Shown here in pieces: positions 15,270 to 24,365 of a stretch of DNA of 26,229 nt (its first letter is position 1; each line of letters starts with the position of its first letter). The notes beneath the pieces were generated by a model. That model was given only the letters and a program-made list of their open reading frames with translations, was not told the DNA's origin and did not search any database. Made by a program: the position numbers and the translations under genes. The DNA lies in the IMG/VR virus record IMGVR_UViG_3300032083_002454, positions 1 to 26,229 of that record; one strand, given 5' to 3'. The DNA is from a virus. Taxonomy: Duplodnaviria > Caudoviricetes.

Positions 15270-17567
15270 ATGTCCGTTAGATCGCTTGGCAGCCTGACAC
15301 TAGACATGGTGCTAAAAACGGGCAACTTTCTGGGCCCAATGGATAAGGCTGCTCGAAATACGAAAAGCCGCTCTCAAGAAATAAAAACCTCCTTATTGTC
15401 TATTGGGAAAGCAGTCACCGCGGTCTCTGCAGTTGCCTCTGCTGGCGCTGTAGGGTTATCGGCAATGTCTAAAGTTGCGGCTGAAAATGCTCGTCAAATT
15501 AGAAACATGGCGGATGTTTCAAATACCACGATTGAGCAATTTCAGCGGCTATCTTACGGGTCGAAGTCAGTAGGAATTGAAGGCGAGAAACTCGCCGATA
15601 TTTACAAAGATGTAAATGACCGTATCGGTGATTTTGTCCAAACCGGCGGCGGCCCCATGGCCGACTTCTTTGAAAACATAGCTCCGAAGGTGGGCGTTAC
15701 TGCTGACGAGTTCCAGCGGCTATCTGGGCCAGAAGCCTTGCAGCTTTTTTATGACAGTTTAGAAAAGGCTAATCTGTCACAAAAAGATATGACCTTTTAT
15801 CTAGAGGCTATGGCCTCTGATGTGACGGCGCTTGTTCCATTGCTTAGAAATGGAGGTGCCGGTTTTACTCAAATGGCCAATGAGGCTAATCGTGCTAATG
15901 CGGTGCTTTCAACATTGGAAGTTGAGCGCTTAGAAGAAGTGGGACAAAAGTTTCAGCAATTAGAGCAACAACTGACAACCGAAACGGCACGAGCGGTTTC
16001 TCAGTTTGATGATTTGATGAAAACATCGCTGGAAGGTATTAGTGATGGAGTAAACCGTCTTGCTCGCGGTTTCAATTTGTTCATGGATGATCTGCGTGCC
16101 GATGAAAACAAGCGAAGCTTAGAGGGCATTAACGCCGAACTGGGCAGGGTGTTTGATAACAAGGCAAGGCTTGAGCAGCGTATCGATATGTTTGGTGCTG
16201 ACTCAGCCCAGGCTCAAGACAGCATTGCCGCCCTTGAGGAAGTGAAAGACCAGTATGACGCGTTGATAACCCGGCGAATTGAGCTGGAGCGCAGTTCTGG
16301 CGATTCGCTTGGGGTGCCCGAGATATTAAATCTTCCTCGTCTGAAAGATGACGATGACGATAATGATGAAACTCAACGTGCTGCAGAGAAGGCCGCTCAA
16401 GCGATAACAGGCCAGATATTGGCCTTAGAGCAGCAAGCCAGCACGTTGGGGCTTACCGCTGACGAAATACGGCTTTATGGGCTAGCTCAAGATGGTGCTA
16501 CCGATTCTCAACTGGCAGCGGCTAGCGCCGCTCTAGAAACAATTTCAGCTTACGAGGCCAGCGAAAAGTCAGCTGAAGATTACCAGCAGCTACTTGCCGA
16601 CTTGCGCACTACTGAGGAAGAGCTCACCGCCCAAATGTATGAGCGGCTCGCGGTGCTTGATGCTGCGAATGTCTCGGCAGATGAATACGCCGAGATTGCT
16701 GGCAAAATTGCCGGCCTATCATTTGAAGATGCTCCCGAGTACAGCGGATTGGATGCCCTGATAGGCGGGGCTTTCGGTGAGCTTAACAAAATCGAAGAGG
16801 CTGAGCAGGAGCTGCAGCAGTGGTATGACCGCCAACTAGAGCAGCTAGAGCAAAACCGCCAAGACAAAGCGGACATGATGGAAACCTGGAACGAAAAAGA
16901 ACGGGCCATCAATGAAGAGCACCAAAACGAACTAATGCGCATCGAGCAGGCGCGCCACGTTGCTCAGCTGGCTGCAGCGGAAAGCACTTTCGGTGATTTA
17001 GCGGGCCTAGCGTCTGCCTTCGCAGGTGAGCAAAGCGGGATCTACCGCAGCCTGTTCGCCGTTGAAAAAGCCTTTGCCATCGGTAAGGCGCTGATCAATG
17101 CCCCGAAATCCTACTCCGATGCCTACGCGGCCGTGGTGGGTATACCCATCGTTGGCCCAGCGCTGGCGCCTGTGGCTGGCGCTACGGCTGCCGCCGCCCA
17201 GGTGGCGCAAGCCAGCGCGATCGGAAATATCGGCATGGCCCACGATGGTATCGATTCAATTCCAGAAACGGGTAGCTGGTTCCTAGAAAAAGGCGAGCGG
17301 GTTACCACGTCCGAAACCAGCGCTAAGCTTGATGCCACGCTGGCGCGAGTTGAAAGCCAGATGAATCGACCAGGGGCTGGCGGTGGTGGTGGGAGTGCCG
17401 AAGTGCATTTCCACATTTCAGGCAAGCCCGATCAAGACATGCTGGATAGAATGCGCGCTATGGCGATAGAGGCTATTCAGGAGGGAGGTAAGCGGGGTCA
17501 TCAGCTAGTAAGGGAAGAATTTTACACTAATGGCCCGCTTAATCGGTTTGTGACTAAACAGCGTTAA
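15270..17567 (+). CDS. Tail tape measure protein
   Basis: RSLGSLTLDM N-terminus, long helical Ala/Glu-rich body, C-terminal GMAHDGIDSIPETGSWFLEKGERV. SD GGAG. Confidence 0.93.
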   Translation: MSVRSLGSLTLDMVLKTGNFLGPMDKAARNTKSRSQEIKTSLLSIGKAVTAVSAVASAGAVGLSAMSKVAAENARQIRNMADVSNTTIEQFQRLSYGSKSVGIEGEKLADIYKDVNDRIGDFVQTGGGPMADFFENIAPKVGVTADEFQRLSGPEALQLFYDSLEKANLSQKDMTFYLEAMASDVTALVPLLRNGGAGFTQMANEANRANAVLSTLEVERLEEVGQKFQQLEQQLTTETARAVSQFDDLMKTSLEGISDGVNRLARGFNLFMDDLRADENKRSLEGINAELGRVFDNKARLEQRIDMFGADSAQAQDSIAALEEVKDQYDALITRRIELERSSGDSLGVPEILNLPRLKDDDDDNDETQRAAEKAAQAITGQILALEQQASTLGLTADEIRLYGLAQDGATDSQLAAASAALETISAYEASEKSAEDYQQLLADLRTTEEELTAQMYERLAVLDAANVSADEYAEIAGKIAGLSFEDAPEYSGLDALIGGAFGELNKIEEAEQELQQWYDRQLEQLEQNRQDKADMMETWNEKERAINEEHQNELMRIEQARHVAQLAAAESTFGDLAGLASAFAGEQSGIYRSLFAVEKAFAIGKALINAPKSYSDAYAAVVGIPIVGPALAPVAGATAAAAQVAQASAIGNIGMAHDGIDSIPETGSWFLEKGERVTTSETSAKLDATLARVESQMNRPGAGGGGGSAEVHFHISGKPDQDMLDRMRAMAIEAIQEGGKRGHQLVREEFYTNGPLNRFVTKQR

Positions 17568-17788
17568 TAACCACTGCCCTTAATAGCTTCATCAAGCGGC
17601 AGGCATTCGCCATTGATTACGCGCTGCATTTCTTTTTTTGCTTCGGCAATAGCGAGCTCTCGAATTTCCTGACGGGAGTCGAGATGCGCAGGCAGCATTG
17701 TGGTGAAGTTAATCTCATAAGCGCCACGCTCGCCAAAGCTGACCTTTACACGAACTTCGTCTCCGAAAATCTGGCCGATTTCTACCAT
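17564..17788 (-). CDS. Hypothetical 74-aa protein, antisense moron
   Basis: Fills the gap after the TMP, SD AAGGA upstream of ATG on the minus strand, stop overlaps the TMP stop (TTAA). Confidence 0.65.
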   Translation of the reverse strand: MVEIGQIFGDEVRVKVSFGERGAYEINFTTMLPAHLDSRQEIRELAIAEAKKEMQRVINGECLPLDEAIKGSGY

Positions 17789-17882
17789 GGTGCTGTTCCT
17801 TTTTCACGTGGGTGGGTGGTGAAGCCCTCATTTAAGCAAAGGGTGCTTGTGCAAAGCCACCTTAATCTGGAGTCTTAATGGC

Positions 17883-18464
17883 ATGATCAACTGGCCAGCA
17901 GAAATAAAGCCTCGAAACATGTCCTGGGGGCGCGTTTATAACACGCGGGCATTTACGTCGCCGTTTTCCCAGTCTCAACAGATCGTCGGTGCACCTGGCG
18001 CTTACTGGAAATGCACGTTGAATTTCCCCACGCTCAACCGCGAGAAGGAACGCAGGCTCTCTACGTTCATCGGCAGCCTACAAGGCATGGCGGGTACGTT
18101 TCAGCTACGACCATGGACACGTCCACCAGGGCCAGCGGTGGGCAGTGCTGTGGTGGATGGTGGTGGACAAGCAGGCGGCCAGCTGGTTACCCGCAACTGG
18201 ACACCCAACACCATCGTTTTACGAATGGGCGATTACGCCACCGTCAACGACCAGCTTTTGGAAGTCCTCGAGGACGTGACAAGCAACGCCCAGGGCATCG
18301 CTATATTGCCGATCTCGCCCTGGCTACGTTCCCCGCCCGCGAACGGTGCGACCGTTAACTATCAACAACCCTATGCCGTGATGCGCCTAATGCAAGATGA
18401 GCAAATGCTCGACGTGCAAGCCGTTATCGCCAGCGGCACCCTTGAGTGCCGGGAGGCCTTTTAA
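17883..18464 (+). CDS. Distal tail (Dit-like) protein
   Basis: First tail gene after the TMP, FTSPFSQSQQ...W motif, beta-rich inserted domain. Confidence 0.7.
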   Translation: MINWPAEIKPRNMSWGRVYNTRAFTSPFSQSQQIVGAPGAYWKCTLNFPTLNREKERRLSTFIGSLQGMAGTFQLRPWTRPPGPAVGSAVVDGGGQAGGQLVTRNWTPNTIVLRMGDYATVNDQLLEVLEDVTSNAQGIAILPISPWLRSPPANGATVNYQQPYAVMRLMQDEQMLDVQAVIASGTLECREAF

Positions 18465-19057
18465 TGCAAGTGTTCCCCTTTAGTGAATCGGTGGTCGATC
18501 TACTAGCACGCCCAACCGTGCGCATGGTCTACGCCACAGAGCTGCATTTCAAAAACGGCATTGCCCGCGCGCATACCGGTATTGGCCCTTTAGTGATTGA
18601 AGGCTTTACCTACGATGGCGTGGGTGATTTCGGCAATGTTTCGCCCGCGCGTGAGCAGCTAGACAGCGGCTCTCCGGCAGCGGTCACGCTCACTTTATCC
18701 GGGTTAGATCCCACCATTGTCGCCTCCACCCTGCAGGATCGTTGCCGGGGGCGCTTCGGTAAATTGATGGTGGTGGCCTATAACGAAGACGGCACCTACG
18801 CGGCAGACATTCTTTTCAGCGGCAAGATGGACGCGGCCACCATGAGCTATGGCGGTGCCGATGACGAGAACGCCATTAGCGTGACGATTACCGACCGCAT
18901 GGTGGACTGGCAGCGCGGCGGTACCGAGCGCTGGACAGACGAGAACCACCGCTCTCGCCATCAAGATGACCGCTTCTTTTTTGCGGTGGCCCAGCTTTCC
19001 GACTGGCCTATTTACTGGGGGGCTAAACGCGACGCACCCAACTTCACGTACAGGTAA
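18464..19057 (+). CDS. Tail tip/hub protein (gpL-position)
   Basis: YDGVGDFGNVS, LTLSGLD, LFSGKMD, RWTDENH...DDRFF. Synteny. Confidence 0.7.
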   Translation: MQVFPFSESVVDLLARPTVRMVYATELHFKNGIARAHTGIGPLVIEGFTYDGVGDFGNVSPAREQLDSGSPAAVTLTLSGLDPTIVASTLQDRCRGRFGKLMVVAYNEDGTYAADILFSGKMDAATMSYGGADDENAISVTITDRMVDWQRGGTERWTDENHRSRHQDDRFFFAVAQLSDWPIYWGAKRDAPNFTYR

Positions 19058-19060
19058 CCC

Positions 19061-19468
19061 ATGCCACGTTATAGAGACTGGACTACCCAGCTACATACCC
19101 AGATCAAGGCCGCCAATGAGCGGCCTTTTTCATGGGGTGAGTTTGACTGCTGCCTGTTCGCCGCTGACTGCTGCATCGCTATTTGTGGCGTAGACCCTGC
19201 CGCCGATTACCGGGGCCGCTACACCACAGAGCTTGGAGCCAAGCGCGTGCTGAGCAATACCCACGGCAGCCTAGAAGGCGCGTGGGATGCCCACTTTAAG
19301 CGCGTGCCCATCAACATGCGGCAGCGCGGTGACGTGGTGCTGTTTGAATCAGAGAACGGTCGCTGCGTGGGCGTGGTGTGGGCGAACGCCATTTGGGCCG
19401 TTACCGATGAAGGCGTGCACCGCGTGCGCGCAGAGCCGCTAATCTGCTGGAGTGTCGGGAATGAGTAG
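19061..19468 (+). CDS. NlpC/P60-like tail tip protein (DUF6950/gpK-position)
   Basis: PFSWGEFDCCLFAADC, YRGRY, QRGDVV. Confidence 0.8.
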   Translation: MPRYRDWTTQLHTQIKAANERPFSWGEFDCCLFAADCCIAICGVDPAADYRGRYTTELGAKRVLSNTHGSLEGAWDAHFKRVPINMRQRGDVVLFESENGRCVGVVWANAIWAVTDEGVHRVRAEPLICWSVGNE

Positions 19469-22400
19469 CGCAGTTAAAGCGGTTACCAAAGTATTCAACA
19501 TTGTCGCCAAGCCGCTACAGAAGCTATTCGGTGCGCTCATGCCGAAGCCGCCCAACCCGGGCGCTACGTCATCCGGCAATGAATTAAAGCAGATCATTCG
19601 TAGCTCGAAAGAGCCCGCCCGCTACGTGTTTGGCCGTGCCGGTACCGGCGCGTTGCTCGCGTGGGCGCAAGAGCAAACCGGCGATCAGGACGAAGGCGAG
19701 CGCCTGCACCTGGTGTATGTGCTGACGGAAGGCACGATTCAAGGCCTGGATCAGATCTATGTCGATCAAGAGCCGGTAGCGAACGCGGGCGATCGCATCC
19801 AGTACCAGTTGATCAGCGGCGCCACGGCACCGGACGCCTACATGCTGGAAAACTCGCCAGATTGGCAGAATTCCCAGATAGGCCGCAACCTGACGTGGGT
19901 GCGCGTTACGCTCAAGTACGACCCGGACTACTTCGCCAGCGGCATTCCAGACCTACTGTTTGAATACCGCGCCCGTAATGATATTTACGACCCGCGCACA
20001 CTGGGTAGCGGTTACAGCAACAATGCCGCGCTGGTGATCCTGTGGTATATCCGCCACCGCTTGAACGTGCCCGATGATGAGATCCTGTGGGATACCTTCA
20101 TTGATGCCGCCAACGTGTGCGCGGAGATCATCACCAATCCGGACGGAAGCACCGAGCCACGCTACACCGTGTCCGGAGGTTTCAAAGCCGACGAGCGCAA
20201 AGATCGTGTACTGGCTGATTTGGAGGCAGCTTGTGCCGGCACGTTAATTCGCATTGGAGGCAAGTTCGGCCTGCAAGTAGGCGCCTACTATGGCCCCTAT
20301 GAATTAACGATCGATGAAGACATGGTGATTGGCACCGTCACCGGGCAAACGGAAGTTTCCCGCGCCGATGCCGTGAACACCATGCGCGGCAAGTTCATCG
20401 ACCCCGAGCAGCGCTGGACCGAAACCGACTACCCCGCGGTCAGCGTTGCCGAGTGGATCACCGAAGACGGCGAAGAGATAGAGGACACCCTCGACCTGCG
20501 CTTTGTCAGCAGCCCCTACCAAGCGCAGCGCCTTGCCAATATCGCGCTACGCCGCAAGCGGGCAGGCGGAACACTGGAACTACCCCTGAACTTCCGTGGC
20601 TACGCTTGCCGCCCTGGCCGTGTGGTGCAGGTGAGTCTGCCCACGCTGAATATCAGCGGCGAATTTCGGGTCGTTGATTGGGATTTCAGCGGAGATAACG
20701 GCTGCAAGGTCTCGCTTGAGCAAGAAGACGCGGCGATCTATGACGATGCCGTAGGCCAGCCCTACAACCCGTTTGGCTTTATCCAGCTGCCCGCCGGTGG
20801 CATTGGTTCGCCCACCGGCCTGCAGTATGTGCTCCAGAGCATAGGCGAGGTGATTCAAGGGCGTCTTGTATGGAACCCCGTAGACGCCGCGATGCACTAC
20901 AACGTAGTGATAAAGCGCGATGGTGTGGCGGTACAGTCTGCCCAAGTGCCTAGCGGCGTTGAGCGCTGCGACGTAGGCGGGCTAGAAGCGGCCAGCTACA
21001 CGGCAGAGGTGCGGGCACGCGGTCGGCTCGGGCAGTCTGCCCCGGCGGTAATCAGCTTCAACATTAACGTACCGCCGATGCCGGAGAGCGTGGGCGTTTC
21101 AGCTGCCAATGACAGCATCACGCTAACCCCTCGCCTAAGTGGCGACCATGGCCGCGTAGAGTTTGAATTCCGCTGGCACCCAACACCGCTGCCGCTTAAT
21201 CAAGTGGCCGCCAGTGCTGAGTACCTCAGCGTAGGCGCGAGCTACACCCACACCGGTTTAACGTGGGGCACTGACTACCACTACTACGTGCGCAGCATAA
21301 ACGCCTATGGGGCTAGCCCGTGGCTGTATGTGTCTGCTGCTACTACTGAGGATGTCGAGCAGATCCTGCAGGGCTTAACCGGACAAATCCGCGAAACCGA
21401 GCTAGACCAAGCGCTGCAAGAACGCATCGACAAAATCGACGGCCCTGAAACCCTCGACGGCAGCGTTGCCCAACGATTGTCAGAAGAATCGCAGGCCCGG
21501 GCGGAAGGGCTGGCTGAGGAAGCCGCAGCGAGGGCGCAGGCATTAGCGGAAGAGGCACAGGCCAGAATCGACGGACTTGAAGGTGCGGGTGCAGCGCTGG
21601 AAGAAGAACGCCTCATTCGCGAAAGTGAGGATGATTACCTCGCTGCGCTGAACCGAATATTAGTGGCCGCCAAAGGGGTTAACGCAGCGTCGTATCAGTA
21701 CACGGTTGAAACGCGCACTACTGAATGGGAAGCACAGACCGTTGTTAATGAGAGCTTAGTTGCTCAGATTAACGATAACGTTGCCGCAATAGAGAGCGAA
21801 TCGTTTGTACGTTCAACAGAGACCGAAGCGCTAGCTACTCAGATTGACTCCGTCGTCGCTACGTCAAACGGCAACACTGCCGCGATTGAAAGCGAGTCCA
21901 CGGCGCGCGCCACTGAAGACGCAGCCCTGGCTACACGGATTGATACTGTCGTCGCCACTGCGAGTGATAACACCGCGGCGATCCAGTCCGAAGCGACCGC
22001 CCGCGCCACAGAAGACGAAGCGCTGGCGACGCGGATTGATTCATTGGTGGTGGAAGCGGGGCAGGCCAATACCGCCGCTATTGAAGCCGAAGCGACGGTG
22101 AGGGCCACAGAAGATGAAGCGCTGGCTACGCGTATTGACTCGGTCGTCGCTACGTCGAATGACAACACCGCCGCGATCCAGTCGGAAGCAACCGCCCGCG
22201 CCACGGAAGATGAAGCGCTGGCAACCCGGATTGACTCGGTCGTTGCTACGTCAAACGACAACACTGCCGCCATTCAGTCCGAAGCGACTGCCCGAGCCAA
22301 CGCAGACACCGCGCTGGCGACATTGATTGAGTCTATCGTCGTTGAAGCGGGGGATACGAACTCTGCAGCCATCAACTACGAAGCGTATGTGCGGGCGAGT

Positions 22401-23612
22401 GAAGACGAAGCGCTGGCGACGCGCATTGACTCTGTCGTTGCGACGTCAAATGGCAACACCGCTGCGATCCAGTCTGAAGCGACTACCCGTGCAAGCGAAG
22501 ACGAAGCGCTCGCGTCACTCATTAGCACTGTGCAAGCGGAATTTGATGATGAACTGGCGAGCGTGCAGCAGTCCACGCAAGTGCAGTACAACCAGACCAC
22601 TCAGCGTCTGGAAGCGATGTGGACGCTGCGCATTGATAACGGCGGGAGGGTCTCTGGTTTTGGGCTGTCAGATGATGGCGTTGAAAGCCTGCTGGGGTTT
22701 CGCGCTGATCGCATCTACTTTGCCCACCCGAACAGCACCGATGAAGTATTTCCCATGGTGCTTGATGGTGGCCGCGTGATCATGAACGACGCGCTGATCA
22801 ACAAGCTGCTGTTCACGAAGCTGCGCAGTAGTGACGGTAGCCTGGTGTTCGCTAATGGAAAGCTACAGGCCAGCTACATCGCCGTTGATGACCTGGTGGT
22901 GCGCCAAGGGCAGTCCAGTAATTATCAGCCGGGTGCCGCTGGCTGGCGGTTAACAACAACAGGCGGGGAGATCAACTTCCCGATTAGCTTTAGCAGTGTG
23001 CAAGGCGGGCCTCCCGCGGATGCGGATAAAACCGGGAGTAACGTCGCGTATGACACAGCACGGGTTGCGGGTAACGATGCAAGCGAACTTGCTAATGCAG
23101 CGTTATATGCACGTGACCAAGCGGATGCTTGGACGCGGCCATCTAGCACACTGATAGACGGGAATAAAATTTTCACCGGCGATGCGTATGTCGACACCCT
23201 ACAAATCAAGGGGCAAGCGGTCACGATACCGGCATCAGCCTTTGCAGGCGGGAAGGTTGCGCTCGGCCAGTATAGTGAGGGGACTTGGGCGGAGGCGGCA
23301 TCCATTGGTTTTAACGCTGAGGGCGCGCCAGTACAGGTGATTTTTTCTGCACAGTCCAGCTTTATCACCGCCGTAAATGGCAGTGCCCGCGGCTGGATCA
23401 GGCTTCTACGGGGAGGGGTGGTGCTAGAGACTAGAATGATCTTCTCCCAGGCCGCTTCTCAAGCCAACAATGGCCCGGCAACGGTTGTCTTTCTAGCCGG
23501 CGCACACAATGGGTACGCGACATACAGCGTCCAGTTTCGCTACACCGACGAAACGGCAATAGAACTCAGTTTTAGTGATCGTTATTTGGGACTGATAGCG
23601 GTTAAGCGCTAA
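19461..23612 (+). CDS. Central tail fibre/tip attachment protein (gpJ-like)
   Basis: Tip-attachment core, FN3-like domains (YTAEVRARG, YHYYVRSINAYGAS), coiled-coil repeats, DUF1983-like region (WTLRIDNGGRVSGFGL), C-terminal beta domain. Confidence 0.9.
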   Translation: MSSAVKAVTKVFNIVAKPLQKLFGALMPKPPNPGATSSGNELKQIIRSSKEPARYVFGRAGTGALLAWAQEQTGDQDEGERLHLVYVLTEGTIQGLDQIYVDQEPVANAGDRIQYQLISGATAPDAYMLENSPDWQNSQIGRNLTWVRVTLKYDPDYFASGIPDLLFEYRARNDIYDPRTLGSGYSNNAALVILWYIRHRLNVPDDEILWDTFIDAANVCAEIITNPDGSTEPRYTVSGGFKADERKDRVLADLEAACAGTLIRIGGKFGLQVGAYYGPYELTIDEDMVIGTVTGQTEVSRADAVNTMRGKFIDPEQRWTETDYPAVSVAEWITEDGEEIEDTLDLRFVSSPYQAQRLANIALRRKRAGGTLELPLNFRGYACRPGRVVQVSLPTLNISGEFRVVDWDFSGDNGCKVSLEQEDAAIYDDAVGQPYNPFGFIQLPAGGIGSPTGLQYVLQSIGEVIQGRLVWNPVDAAMHYNVVIKRDGVAVQSAQVPSGVERCDVGGLEAASYTAEVRARGRLGQSAPAVISFNINVPPMPESVGVSAANDSITLTPRLSGDHGRVEFEFRWHPTPLPLNQVAASAEYLSVGASYTHTGLTWGTDYHYYVRSINAYGASPWLYVSAATTEDVEQILQGLTGQIRETELDQALQERIDKIDGPETLDGSVAQRLSEESQARAEGLAEEAAARAQALAEEAQARIDGLEGAGAALEEERLIRESEDDYLAALNRILVAAKGVNAASYQYTVETRTTEWEAQTVVNESLVAQINDNVAAIESESFVRSTETEALATQIDSVVATSNGNTAAIESESTARATEDAALATRIDTVVATASDNTAAIQSEATARATEDEALATRIDSLVVEAGQANTAAIEAEATVRATEDEALATRIDSVVATSNDNTAAIQSEATARATEDEALATRIDSVVATSNDNTAAIQSEATARANADTALATLIESIVVEAGDTNSAAINYEAYVRASEDEALATRIDSVVATSNGNTAAIQSEATTRASEDEALASLISTVQAEFDDELASVQQSTQVQYNQTTQRLEAMWTLRIDNGGRVSGFGLSDDGVESLLGFRADRIYFAHPNSTDEVFPMVLDGGRVIMNDALINKLLFTKLRSSDGSLVFANGKLQASYIAVDDLVVRQGQSSNYQPGAAGWRLTTTGGEINFPISFSSVQGGPPADADKTGSNVAYDTARVAGNDASELANAALYARDQADAWTRPSSTLIDGNKIFTGDAYVDTLQIKGQAVTIPASAFAGGKVALGQYSEGTWAEAASIGFNAEGAPVQVIFSAQSSFITAVNGSARGWIRLLRGGVVLETRMIFSQAASQANNGPATVVFLAGAHNGYATYSVQFRYTDETAIELSFSDRYLGLIAVKR
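21777..22550 (+). repeat. Eight intragenic 96/99-bp repeats encoding NTAAIQSEATARATEDEALATRIDSVVATSND-like units
   Basis: Six 32-aa and two 33-aa units read directly from the translation. Confidence 0.9.
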
Positions 23613-23632
23613 GCCAGCTAAAGGGGAAGCAT

Positions 23633-24007
23633 GTGAATAGTTACGTTGTTTATCGTGAATCGGGCCGCATAGAGGCCGTTGAAAGCGTGCCGTATTTCTA
23701 TTTGCCCGTCAGTGATTCTTCGGCCTTTCTTAGCGGTGAGTCTCATTATGTTGAGCGCTCAGGGGCTGATCCAATAGTGCTAGAGCGATTGCAGTGGGAC
23801 GCCGAATTTGTCGTTACGGGGCTTGATGTACAGTTCAATAATTTGCCTCATGGCACTCGAGTAGAAGTCGGCGAATTTGTGTTGTCGTCTGATGGCGGGG
23901 AATACACAACAGTGTCGTTTGAGGTGCCCGGTGTGCATGTCATTAAGCTGATGCCACCTCCTAAGTACCGTGATCTGGTAGTGGAGGTGACCGTTGGGGA
24001 TCCTTAA
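23633..24007 (+). CDS. Hypothetical tail-associated protein
   Basis: Follows J, SD AAGGGG, GTG start, beta-rich. Confidence 0.7.
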   Translation: MNSYVVYRESGRIEAVESVPYFYLPVSDSSAFLSGESHYVERSGADPIVLERLQWDAEFVVTGLDVQFNNLPHGTRVEVGEFVLSSDGGEYTTVSFEVPGVHVIKLMPPPKYRDLVVEVTVGDP

Positions 24008-24365
24008 TGTAAGCGCCTTTAAAAGCCGAACTGATGCAGAGCAACACTATCTCTCGCTAGTCGACAACGCTGCAGAGGACGCGCGTATGCGCCACTTAAC
24101 TCCAGGCACTGGCCAGTCAATGACCTACGAAGCGAAGCACCAGGAAGCGCTGGCGGGTGGTGGCCCGATGATTGCTGCCGAGGCTGAAGCGTTGGATATG
24201 ACGCAACAAGAGGTAATCGACTCTGTGCTAACGGCCCGCCAGCATTGGCAAGCGCTGGGCGCTCAGATAGAAGCGGCTCGCCTAAAAGCCAAAAAGGCAA
24301 TACGCAAAGCGGCAGTTGCCGCCGAAATGCACACCATCTACCAGCAGTTCAAGAGGTCGCTATGA
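23994..24365 (+). CDS. Hypothetical protein, probable tail fibre assembly chaperone
   Basis: VDNAAEDAR...GQSMTYEAKHQEA...IEAARLKAKKAI resembles fibre-adjacent helical chaperones. TTG start after GGAGGT. Confidence 0.6.
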   Translation: MGILNVSAFKSRTDAEQHYLSLVDNAAEDARMRHLTPGTGQSMTYEAKHQEALAGGGPMIAAEAEALDMTQQEVIDSVLTARQHWQALGAQIEAARLKAKKAIRKAAVAAEMHTIYQQFKRSL

